DNA of 64,000 nucleotides from Bryobacterales bacterium (GTDB taxonomy: Bacteria; Acidobacteriota; Terriglobia; Bryobacterales; UBA6623): assembly GCA_965238045.1 (NCBI GenBank), contig CBDEGU010000011.1, forward strand, positions 203,555-267,554, written 5' to 3'. Below the pieces are notes generated by a model, which saw nothing but the letters and a program-made list of their open reading frames with translations, was not told the origin of the DNA and did no database searches. This document shows positions 37,425-46,249 of this stretch, piece by piece (the first letter of the stretch is position 1; every line of letters begins with the position of its first letter). The translations under genes were made by a program, and so were the position numbers.

Positions 37425-39080
37425 ATGTTCGGCAAAAGGGTCTGGGTCCCGCTCTTGTTGATTGCGGGCGTTTATGTCGCGCGCACCGTTCCGCAGTGGC
37501 ATGTCACCGATTTTGGTTTCTATCACGACGACTCTCTCTATCTCACTTCCGGCCTTGCTTTAGCTGAAGGTCAGGGGTATCGTTTCCTCAGTGTTCCCGG
37601 CGGCCCGCCGGCAACGAAATACCCCATCCTATATCCTTGGCTGCTCTCATTGGCCTGGAGGGTTGAGCCATCGTTTCCCGAGGTGACTCGATTCGTTTTC
37701 GGCGCTCATCTGCTGCTTGGGGCGGGCCTCCTTGCGGCGTGGTACTTCCTATTTCGGCAACTGGGCCGGGGTCAGACCGAAGCGCTGGCGCTTACCGCTG
37801 TTTGCTCTCTCCATCCGATGCTGGTGGTGCTGACGACGATGGCGATTAGCGATCTGATGTACTCACTGCTGGCGACCGCGGCGTTGGTGTCGGCGCATTG
37901 CGCTCTGGCGGGGCCGAGCGGGAATTCCGCCCGAGGCGTCACAAAATGGTGGATAGTGGCGGGCATTCTGGTCTCATTGGCGGTCATGACGCGGTCGGTG
38001 GGCGTCACTGTCGCCGGGGCCATATTCTTATCCAGCGTGCTGGTGAAGAAAGCCCGCGGGCCGGGGTTGGCTTGCGCAGCCGCCTGCGGGGCCGTATTCG
38101 CCGGCGGGATGGCGTGGTCTTGGCAGGCGCAGGCGGGCGCGCAGGCGTCGCTGCCGGCCGGTGGTCCGGGTTATACGCAGAATCTGTTGTTCTACACCAG
38201 CTATTGGGGTTTTTGGAAGCTGTCGGTGCCGGATGTGGCAACGTTCTGGGCACAGTGGATCTTCAATCTTACCGAGGTGCTGAAGCTGCCGGCGATGCTG
38301 TGCTTTCAATTGCCGGCGCACGCTTTCTCGTCCGGGGTGTTGCAGGCGGTCGCGATCGCGGTGTCGGCCCTGGTGGTGAAAGGAGCCTACGGCGCGAGGC
38401 GGATCTCGGACTGGCATCCGATTCACGGGGCTTTGGTGCTTTGTTTGCCCTTGTTTCTGAGCTGGAACTTCATGCTCGACCGGCTGTTCTTCTTGTTTCT
38501 TCCATTGTTTGTCTGCGGAGTCTGGATCGAAGGCCGGAAGATCGTGATCTCGGCGCTGGAGACATTTCGGGCGCCGGGGAAGGTGTCGGAGAAGGTGGCC
38601 GCCGCACTGCTGTGCGCCGGCATCGCCTCGCTGGCCGGCTTCGCCACCTGCGAGACACTTTGGCGCCAGCCGATGTCCATGAGTCTGAGATCGGCCCAGC
38701 GGAGCAGGGCCGGTCTTGAGACCGCCGGGGCTTACGACTGGATCGGGCGAAACACGCGCAAGACGGATCGGCTCATCGCCTATGAGGACGCCGTGTTGTA
38801 TCTGCGGACCGGACGCCAAGCGATGCGCGCTCTCACCGTTTCAAGCGCCGCTTTTTACCTGAAGCGCGTGGAGATTCTCGATCGCGACATCCTCCATCTG
38901 GCCGACACCGCCAAAGCCGTTGAGGCGAAGTACTGGCTGGTAACGCCGAATGATTTTCAGCTGCAAGCAGAGGACTCGTACATGAGGAATGCGGTCGGCA
39001 AATTGCTGGCGGATTCACCCCTCGTCTACGCAAGTCCGGAGGGAGCCATAACGATCCATGACGTATCGAGTCTTCGGTAG
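37425..39080 (+). CDS. polytopic membrane glycosyltransferase-like protein (GT-C fold, ArnT/PMT-like)
   Basis: It has more than 10 predicted TM helices. The first-loop acidic motif is FYHDDSLYLTSG, followed by GYRFL...KYPILYPWLL, as in GT39/ArnT-like enzymes. Confidence 0.6.
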   Translation: MFGKRVWVPLLLIAGVYVARTVPQWHVTDFGFYHDDSLYLTSGLALAEGQGYRFLSVPGGPPATKYPILYPWLLSLAWRVEPSFPEVTRFVFGAHLLLGAGLLAAWYFLFRQLGRGQTEALALTAVCSLHPMLVVLTTMAISDLMYSLLATAALVSAHCALAGPSGNSARGVTKWWIVAGILVSLAVMTRSVGVTVAGAIFLSSVLVKKARGPGLACAAACGAVFAGGMAWSWQAQAGAQASLPAGGPGYTQNLLFYTSYWGFWKLSVPDVATFWAQWIFNLTEVLKLPAMLCFQLPAHAFSSGVLQAVAIAVSALVVKGAYGARRISDWHPIHGALVLCLPLFLSWNFMLDRLFFLFLPLFVCGVWIEGRKIVISALETFRAPGKVSEKVAAALLCAGIASLAGFATCETLWRQPMSMSLRSAQRSRAGLETAGAYDWIGRNTRKTDRLIAYEDAVLYLRTGRQAMRALTVSSAAFYLKRVEILDRDILHLADTAKAVEAKYWLVTPNDFQLQAEDSYMRNAVGKLLADSPLVYASPEGAITIHDVSSLR

Positions 39081-39258
39081 TAGTCCTGCCTCTGTCGAGT
39101 GACTTGATCACCAGCCACGGACCCGCTCCGAAGGCCGGACCGGCGATGCTAGGAGGATCGAACCTGAAAGCAGTGCGCACAATGTTCCACCGCGGCCGTG
39201 GATCGGCCATGCTGTTTGTGCCGAGAAAGGGAAAATAGAAATCCTGGCAGACAAACCA

Positions 39259-40761
39259 ATGTCCGAGTCTCGCCCGCCAGCAGATGCCACACCCGCCGAG
39301 CGCACTCTGCGTCTGATTCTGCTCGTGTTTTCGACGCTGACCGGGGTCACCTTGGCGACCTATCTGTTTCTGATCTTTTGGATCGAGCGCTCCATCACGC
39401 AAGTGGAGGCGGTCGTAGCGATTCACTGCCGAATGTTGGACGCGGGCGAAGGTCTCTATTACGCGCTCAACGAGTACCCCTATACGGTCACGCTTTACGG
39501 CCCGCTGCACTACTTGGCGGAAACGGCGCTCTACCAGCTCGGGCTCCCGGTCCTTCAAGCCGGGCGTCTCGTGGCTTTCGCCGCGCTGATAGGCGTCATC
39601 GTCTTGGCCCGTAAGCTCGTACTGCTCTATACCGGCGAGCGCTGGGCGGCCTGGGTCGCCGCTCTGCTGGTCGCATCGTCCGCGAATCTCGTGCAGTGGG
39701 GAACGGTGGGACAGAGTGACCTTTTGGCTCTCTTTTTCTCGTTGGCCGCCTTCTACTGTTACTCGTGCCACCGCATCGAGAGGACACCCGGCGCCCTGGT
39801 CGGGGCGGGCGTCCTCATTGCGCTTTCGATCTTCACCAAGCAGAGTTTCATCGCGGCCGGCGCCGCCATTGTGATCTCGCTTTGGTTGGAGGATCGCCGC
39901 ACCTGTTGGCGCTTCACACTGACGCTCGGCGCGGCCGGGGTCGCTCTCGCCTTAGCTCTCAATATTGCGACCGGCGGCGGCTACTACGAAAACGCTGTGC
40001 TTGCCAACCTCAACCCGTTCAGTCTGGCGAAGCTTGGGCAACAGATGCGCTACCTGGTGCTGGCCGGCATGGGCCTGCTCGTCATGGTTGGCTCCGGTTT
40101 CGTGCGTTCTCCGCGTAAGTCGCATCCGTTGCTGATCTACCTCGCAACGGCTCTAAGCGTGCTCCTGCTGACTGCTCCGAAACTCGGCTCCGACCTCAAC
40201 TACCAGCTCGAGACGATGATGACACTTGGGATTTGCGCCGGCTGGATGCTTCATCGGCTCGACTTCTTCCCGCTGTTCTTCCGCTCGGACAAGGGCTGGG
40301 TCACGCTGTTACAGCTCCCTTTGCTGCTGCACGTGGTTTTCAACTTGCTGATGTCGGGCAATGTCGCCGCGGCCCGCATCGTTCGCGATCAGGTGCGGCA
40401 GCATGAATTGGAGGCGATCCGGCCCTACTTGGCTCCAGAGCGCGGCCGCGTTCTTGCCGTGCAGATGGATTCGTTGCTCGCGGTTCGGGGACGTGTTGGG
40501 GTCGAGCCGTGGATCTATCGCCTGGTCGTCGAAGCCGGCTTAGTCGATCCCGAGCCGTTGCGGCGCGATCTCGCCGCGAAGGCCTTCTCGACCATCATTC
40601 TCTACGACGACATCTTCCACCCCAATCCGGCGCTGCGGACGCCGGAGGTCCCGACGCTGCCGGAAGCGCAACTTCAGGCCATTCGGGAGAACTATCAGCT
40701 CGTCGAGCACATACGCGCTGGTTTGCTCGCGGGCGACTACGTCTACGAGCCGAAGCCCTAG
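39259..40761 (+). CDS. polytopic membrane glycosyltransferase-like protein (GT-C fold)
   Basis: It is multi-TM. LYYALNEYPYTVTLYGPLHYL resembles the first-loop region of the PMT_2/GT87-like families. Confidence 0.55.
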   Translation: MSESRPPADATPAERTLRLILLVFSTLTGVTLATYLFLIFWIERSITQVEAVVAIHCRMLDAGEGLYYALNEYPYTVTLYGPLHYLAETALYQLGLPVLQAGRLVAFAALIGVIVLARKLVLLYTGERWAAWVAALLVASSANLVQWGTVGQSDLLALFFSLAAFYCYSCHRIERTPGALVGAGVLIALSIFTKQSFIAAGAAIVISLWLEDRRTCWRFTLTLGAAGVALALALNIATGGGYYENAVLANLNPFSLAKLGQQMRYLVLAGMGLLVMVGSGFVRSPRKSHPLLIYLATALSVLLLTAPKLGSDLNYQLETMMTLGICAGWMLHRLDFFPLFFRSDKGWVTLLQLPLLLHVVFNLLMSGNVAAARIVRDQVRQHELEAIRPYLAPERGRVLAVQMDSLLAVRGRVGVEPWIYRLVVEAGLVDPEPLRRDLAAKAFSTIILYDDIFHPNPALRTPEVPTLPEAQLQAIRENYQLVEHIRAGLLAGDYVYEPKP

Positions 40762-41453
40762 CCGGTGGCTCGACCCTCCGCTTGGTCGGTTGGTGCCCAG
40801 GTAAACCCCTCATCGTCGCGCTTTGGCCAAGGATCTAGACTCAAATGTTTCGATGGGGAGGCCGATGAGTGCGTCTGTGTCCATGTGGGCGCCGCGTGAG
40901 TTCTTGGCGGGCGACGGTCGCGCCTGTCACGGCGTGCGGTTGAGCTGCGATCCGCGCCGCGCACTGCTCTGGCGCGTCGTCGCCGGATAGGTGCACTGGT
41001 TCATCGATCCCAAACGAGGATGGATCGAGTTCGGCGCCGACTAGGGAAAGCTCTCGCGTTTCATGGACGCGAACAGAAAGTGAGTGCTCGACTTGAACGA
41101 AGAGCAGACCGGGCATGGAGCGCCGGAGGTCGAGCCGCCCTTGATCCGCTGCCGCTCTCGGGCGCCAGCGCGGCTGGGCTTGCTGCAATCTGAATTGACT
41201 ATTCTAGTCAACCAGGTCAGAATAGATCCAACCGTTGATAAACCGTTTGAGTCGGGACCCGTTCGATGTATGCTGTGAGGATTTGGAGTATATTGGCGGC
41301 AAATGCCAGAGTCCGGATTGGCGCGCTCTCGCACCGCTGGCGACCGCTGCCAGGTGAGGCCGGACTGCCTGCGAATGGGTTGACTGGGCGTCTCGGCCCT
41401 GGCAGGCGCGGGGCTTCCCCGGCCGCCACGGGGGAGACCAAGCCGGCGGGCCC

Positions 41454-43076
41454 ATGGCTGGGGACGGGTCGCCGACGCCGCGCCTGGAGGGCAGACGGGG
41501 GCGAGCCCGGCTTGACTTTTTGGTGCCTTCCTTCTCCGATTGGGTCTTTGTCTCGATTCTGGCATGGTTGTTTTTTGGGTCGGCGGCGGCCACATCGCTG
41601 CTGGGCGACGGTGACACGGGCTGGCACATCCGGGCCGGCGAGTACATTCTGGAGACCGGAAAGTTTCCGCGTCATGACCTGTTTTCCTTCACGATGGAGG
41701 GCAGGGAATGGTTTGCCTGGGAGTGGCTCGCCGACGTGCTGTTCGCGGTTCTGCACTCGGCATTCGGCCTGAAGGGCATCTCGTTTCTCGGGGGCGTGGT
41801 CATCGCGGGGACGGCCGCCGGACTCTTCCGCTACATGGTGTGGAGAGGCGCGAACGTGCTGGTGGCGATGGTCGGCCTGTTCGTCGTTCTGTCGCCGTCG
41901 ATGCTGCACTGGCTGGCTCGCCCCCACATGTTCACTTGGGTTTTTCTGTTGATCACGCTATGGGTTCTTGAGGCCGACCGCCGGAAACCCACACGCTGGC
42001 TCTATGCGCTCGTGCCCCTCACGGTGGTATGGACGAACACGCACGGAGGGTTTGTCGCGCAACTCATAACGATCGGGATTTATTTCGCGGGCACAGGCGT
42101 GGAGGAGGTCTGGAACCGTCCGGCGAAGCAGACCGGCGACGGCCGCTGGCGACTTCCTCCGTCGTTCCGGCGGTATGGCCTGTTGCTGCTGTTGTGCTGT
42201 GGCGCCACTCTGATCAACCCCTACGGATATCAGCTGCACGTGCACATCGCGGCCTACTTGAGGTCGGACTTCATTCTCAAGGCCGTGCAAGAGTTTCAGG
42301 CCCCCGATTTTCGGGGCGAAGCCATGAAGGTTTTTGAATGCGTGCTGTTTCTGGCCATCCTGCTTGCGGCGAAGCTGCTGGCCCGCCGCGAGGTGGCGCG
42401 GGCTTTGTTGCTGCTTGCCTGGGCTCACGCCGCCGTGACATCGGTTCGCCATATTCCGCTGTTCATGCTGGTGGCCGGTCCCCTGCTGGCTAGCGAGGCA
42501 ACCCGATTGCTTGAGGCGGCGGGCAAGAGAGGCAACCAGTGGGTAAGGGTGCTGAACGAGATCGCCGCCGATTACAGCCCGCGGGGCGGCGGGCGCTTCG
42601 AGTCGAGGCCGTTCGCAGTGAGCTGGCTGAGTTTGGCGGCGATGGCGGCCTTGATGGTGCTGCTCCAGGTACGTGACGGCCAGGCTAGCTGGACAGCGGA
42701 GTTTCCTCCCGTGCGGTTTCCCGCGATGGCGTGCGACAACTTGGGCGAACGGCTGAAAGGAAGACGCGTGCTGAGCACGGACCAGTGGGGTGATTATGTG
42801 ATCTACCGCTTCTATCCCGAGCAGAAGGTTTTTATCGACGGCCGCAGTGATTTTTACGACCGTGAGGTTCTCGACGATTACATGGTCCTGCTCGGGGCGA
42901 CCTGGAGATGGGAAGAGGTTTTGAGCCGATATGAGTTCGAGGCCGTGCTCATACCCGTCGATTGGTCGCTGTCGGCGGTGCTAAAAACGCATCCGGAATG
43001 GTACCTGGCATATGACGATGGCACCGCGGTTTTCTTCGAGAGAGTACCTCCAAGCAGGAGAGAGGAAGGAAGCTAG
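41454..43076 (+). CDS. polytopic membrane protein, GT-C-like
   Basis: It is multi-TM. LLGDGDTGWHIRAGEYILETGKFPRHDLFSFTMEGREWFAWEWL is a motif I associate with uncharacterised GT-C-like membrane proteins. The start is uncertain. Confidence 0.5.
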   Translation: MAGDGSPTPRLEGRRGRARLDFLVPSFSDWVFVSILAWLFFGSAAATSLLGDGDTGWHIRAGEYILETGKFPRHDLFSFTMEGREWFAWEWLADVLFAVLHSAFGLKGISFLGGVVIAGTAAGLFRYMVWRGANVLVAMVGLFVVLSPSMLHWLARPHMFTWVFLLITLWVLEADRRKPTRWLYALVPLTVVWTNTHGGFVAQLITIGIYFAGTGVEEVWNRPAKQTGDGRWRLPPSFRRYGLLLLLCCGATLINPYGYQLHVHIAAYLRSDFILKAVQEFQAPDFRGEAMKVFECVLFLAILLAAKLLARREVARALLLLAWAHAAVTSVRHIPLFMLVAGPLLASEATRLLEAAGKRGNQWVRVLNEIAADYSPRGGGRFESRPFAVSWLSLAAMAALMVLLQVRDGQASWTAEFPPVRFPAMACDNLGERLKGRRVLSTDQWGDYVIYRFYPEQKVFIDGRSDFYDREVLDDYMVLLGATWRWEEVLSRYEFEAVLIPVDWSLSAVLKTHPEWYLAYDDGTAVFFERVPPSRREEGS

Positions 43077-43351
43077 CGATTCTGCGGATATTGGTTCGAT
43101 ATGAGCTGTGGGTGTTGTTGTTTATCTTGTTGATGTCAAATGGTTTATGAGTGTATCTAGGTTGATTTCTAAGAACTCGATGGAATGCAGTGGGTAGGTT
43201 CTCTTAGGCTGGCTTAAGTAATGATACTGGTGAAACCGCTGTCTTCGCAGGATACCCATGGGGTAGACCGATGATATATCTATGAAAGGGAGGGGTTTAG
43301 CATCCCTCTGGTGAAAACGGAACCGGTCGGCTCATCCGCGATGTCGCGGGT

Positions 43352-43359
43352 GGGGGGGG
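43352..43359 (+). repeat. G8 homopolymer directly upstream of the tadV reading frame
   Basis: tGGGGGGGGa, immediately before ATG 43360 and 28 nt before ATG 43387. Confidence 0.9.
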
Positions 43360-43386
43360 ATGGTCCGTGATGATGCGGGCGATACG

Positions 43387-43853
43387 ATGAAGTGGTTGTT
43401 CCTACTCTGTCTGGTAGTGGCGGTGCTGGCCTCGGCCGAGGATATTTGGCGGCGGCGAGTTTCCAACGCTGTGACCGCCGGGGCGTTTGCAGCCGGCGTG
43501 GCGCTGCGGTCCTGGTTGTTCGGTCTCGATGGGCTGTGGGATGCGCTGCTTGGCGCGGGGATTGGATTTGTGGTCTTCCTGGTTTTTTACTGGCTGGGCG
43601 GCATGGGGGGGGAGATATCAAACTCATGTCGGCGTTTGGAACGATCGTGGGAGGCAAACAAATTTTCCTGGCGGCTGTCTTGACAGGCATCATCGGCGCT
43701 ATGATGGCAGTAGCGTTCCTAGCGGTGCGCAAGCTTCGGCGGCTCGGTAGCTCCGATTCCGTGCCGGCGACTCCAGACCGCAAGATGATGATTCCCTACG
43801 CTCCCGCGATCAGCCTAGGGATGTTATTGACTTTCGCTCAATTTCTTGACTGA
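43387..43853 (+). pseudogene. tadV: A24-family prepilin peptidase TadV/CpaA, split by a frameshift in a G8 tract
   Basis: Frame A gives MKWLFLLCLVVAVLASAEDIWRRRVSN...FYWLGGMGG. Frame B gives GGGDIKLMSAFGTIVG...IPYAPAISLGMLL to TGA 43851-43853. One extra G in 43605-43612 would join them as LGGMGGGDIKLM. The two catalytic Asp motifs lie in different frames. Confidence 0.8.
43605..43612 (+). repeat. G8 homopolymer inside tadV at the frameshift point
   Basis: gcatGGGGGGGGagat. It was verified codon by codon against both track ORFs (43360-43683 and 43392-43853). Confidence 0.9.
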
Positions 43854-43862
43854 GGATGACTT

Positions 43863-44726
43863 ATGGACAAGCGTCTCTTGACAGTGATTGTAATGGCCGT
43901 GACGGTGGCTTTGGTCATCACGGCCATTTTTTACCAGATTACGGTGGCCCGCAAACCGTTGCAAGCCGAGGTGCCCCTTCGTGAACTCGTTGTCGCCAAG
44001 GTTGACCTGCCGATGGGTGCGGTGATTGGGGAGGACGACGTCCGAGTCTTGGACTATCCCGAGCAGCATTTCCCCAAGGGCGGGTTTTCGGCCATTGAGG
44101 ATGTTCTCGAGCGCTCGATCATCGACCGGGTGCTGGCTAACGAGCCCGTGCTGAGCGGGCGAGTGACAGAGAAGGGAGCCGGCTTCGGGCTTGCTCCGCT
44201 GATTCCAGAAGGAGAGCGAGCGATGGCCCTCGCGGTGAATCAAGTCAGCGGTGTTTCTGGCTTCGTCTTGCCGGGTTCGAAGGTGGATGTTCTCCTGACC
44301 GCGTCGCTTCCCGGTGTCACGAGCGAACGGATTACCGTGACGGTGATGGAAAACCTTACCGTTCTCTCGACGGGCAGTCGGCAGGAGCCCGATGCGCGCG
44401 GCCAGCCTCAGAACGTGCCGGTCGTCAATGTCCTGGTGACGCCGGAGAAAGCCGAATTGCTGACGCTGGCGGCGCGAGAGGGAACCATACAACTCGTGCT
44501 GAGAAATCCCGTGGATGATGAGATCGTCTCGGAGCACCGGCCGGGAACACGCACACGTGATCTGTTCGCCAAGTCGCGTCCGAAGAAGAGACCTGTGGCG
44601 CGTTTCAGAAGGTCCGGTCCCGCGGTCGTCACCGTGCCTGTTGCGCCTCCGCCCCCGCGCCAGGTAGAGATGATCCTAGGAAACGAAAAAAATATCGTAA
44701 CGTTGGCGTCGGTCCCGCCGAGATGA
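43863..44726 (+). CDS. cpaB: Flp pilus assembly protein CpaB/RcpC
   Basis: GAGGA RBS. The N-terminal TM is LLTVIVMAVTVALVITAIF. A SAF-like block follows (VVAKVDLPMGAVIGEDDV...NEPVLSGRV). Confidence 0.85.
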   Translation: MDKRLLTVIVMAVTVALVITAIFYQITVARKPLQAEVPLRELVVAKVDLPMGAVIGEDDVRVLDYPEQHFPKGGFSAIEDVLERSIIDRVLANEPVLSGRVTEKGAGFGLAPLIPEGERAMALAVNQVSGVSGFVLPGSKVDVLLTASLPGVTSERITVTVMENLTVLSTGSRQEPDARGQPQNVPVVNVLVTPEKAELLTLAAREGTIQLVLRNPVDDEIVSEHRPGTRTRDLFAKSRPKKRPVARFRRSGPAVVTVPVAPPPPRQVEMILGNEKNIVTLASVPPR

Positions 44727-44764
44727 ATCTTGTAATAACTCAAGGTGCTCGTATGTCACCCAGT

Positions 44765-44772
44765 CCCCCCCC
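44765..44772 (+). repeat. C8 homopolymer in the cpaB-cpaC spacer
   Basis: agtCCCCCCCCatg, abutting ATG 44773. Confidence 0.9.
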
Positions 44773-44872
44773 ATGACACTCAATCGACCTTATAAGCTGT
44801 CCAAGCCGCCGCGCGGCAGGGCCTGCCAGCCCCGGCGGATTACAGCTTGCGCGAGTTCTGATCGCGCTCTCC

Positions 44873-46177
44873 GTGGCCTGGTTCCTGATTCCGGGCGCTC
44901 TCAGGGCGGCGCCACCGCCCAATGGTGCGGCCGGTGACGAAATTCCGCTCACCGTTGGGCGATCGGTCGTACTGGACCACCCCGATGACATTGTGCGCAT
45001 TGCGATCACCGACCCAAACATTGTCGATGCCGTGCCCATTTCTACTCGCGAAATTCTGCTGAACGCGAAGAATCCAGGCCTGTCCACCTTGATCATATGG
45101 TCACGCTCGGGTGAGCGGAATTTCTTCACGATTTCGGTCAAAGTGAATGTAGAGCAGCTGCAGGACCATCTACAGACCGCGTTTCCCGGTGAGGCAATCC
45201 GGGTCAACGTGAGCAGGGGCGTAGCGACGCTGGATGGTAATGTGTCGAGTCCGGATGTCGTGGACCGAGCCGTCGCGATGGTCTCTGGCGCGGGCGCCGG
45301 AGCCGTCATCAACAATCTCCAGCTTCCGCCCCCTCCGGCGGAGCGGCAGATCCTCATAAAAGTAGTGTTCGCGGAATTTCAACGCAACGTGGCCCGTGAT
45401 TTTGCCGTGAATCTGGCCAGCACCGGAGCTCTGAACACTCCGGCCTCGATCACTACTCAGCAGGCCAGTCCGCCGCTGATCCAGTCTCTGGAAGGCACCA
45501 TTGGCGGCCGTCTCGAGGGTACCGCTACGACCTTTAATCTCCAAAACACGCTCAACATATTCGCGTTCCGTCCAGATCTCAATATCGGAGTGCTCATTCA
45601 GGCGCTGAAGGCGAAGAGTCTGGTCGAAATTCTCGCCGAGCCGAATATGATAACGACGTCGGGCAAGGCGGCGCGATTCCTGGTGGGCGGCGAATTCCCC
45701 GTGCCGATTTTGCAGGGAGGCGCGGGCGCCGGCGCGGTAACGATTCAGTTCCGCGAATTCGGCATTCGGCTGGACTTTCTTCCGGAACTCACCGAACGCG
45801 GTTCAATCAAGATGAAGATAAAGCCCGAGGTCAGCGCACTCGACTTCGCGAATGCCGTGCAGTTTTCGGGATTCTTGATTCCGGCCTTGTCGACCCGCAG
45901 GATCGACACCGAGGTTGAGCTCATGCCGGGCCAAAGCTTTGTGATTGGAGGGCTCATTGACAGCCGCGTTACCGAAACCGTCAACCGGATTCCCGGGCTG
46001 TCTAGCATCCCCCTGGTCGGCAGGATTTTCAGGAGCCACGCCAAGACCAAAACGAATACCGAGTTACTGGTCATCGTGACGCCCGAGTTTCCTGAGGTCA
46101 TCCAGGCGGGCGAGGACTTTCCCGACGTTCCCCGGCCGCTGCCGTTTCTGTCTCCAGTCACTGAGAAGGAGATGTAG
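44873..46177 (+). CDS. cpaC: CpaC/RcpA secretin (type II/III secretion system family)
   Basis: It has a BON-like N-domain. Secretin blocks are ILAEPNMITTSGKAARFLVGGEFPVP and IPGLSSIPLVGRIFRS. The start is uncertain: GTG 44873 is the first canonical in-frame start, but signal-peptide-like sequence extends upstream. Confidence 0.8.
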   Translation: MAWFLIPGALRAAPPPNGAAGDEIPLTVGRSVVLDHPDDIVRIAITDPNIVDAVPISTREILLNAKNPGLSTLIIWSRSGERNFFTISVKVNVEQLQDHLQTAFPGEAIRVNVSRGVATLDGNVSSPDVVDRAVAMVSGAGAGAVINNLQLPPPPAERQILIKVVFAEFQRNVARDFAVNLASTGALNTPASITTQQASPPLIQSLEGTIGGRLEGTATTFNLQNTLNIFAFRPDLNIGVLIQALKAKSLVEILAEPNMITTSGKAARFLVGGEFPVPILQGGAGAGAVTIQFREFGIRLDFLPELTERGSIKMKIKPEVSALDFANAVQFSGFLIPALSTRRIDTEVELMPGQSFVIGGLIDSRVTETVNRIPGLSSIPLVGRIFRSHAKTKTNTELLVIVTPEFPEVIQAGEDFPDVPRPLPFLSPVTEKEM

Positions 46178-46249
46178 AAGTTTAATTAGGGCCAGAGGCG
46201 TGACGCTGATGGTCCTTGGATATTGATACTGTGTGCCCAAGTTGTCGTT

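Noticed and set aside
43229-43275. Superficial resemblance of ...GGTGAAACCGCTG...GGGGTAGACCGATG to the 3' part of c-di-GMP-I (GEMM) riboswitches, upstream of the tad operon.
   Set aside because: I could not find the conserved P1/P2 elements, the tetraloop-receptor pair or the ACGCA.AGC core. It would need a covariance-model search (Infernal/Rfam RF01051) to be taken further.
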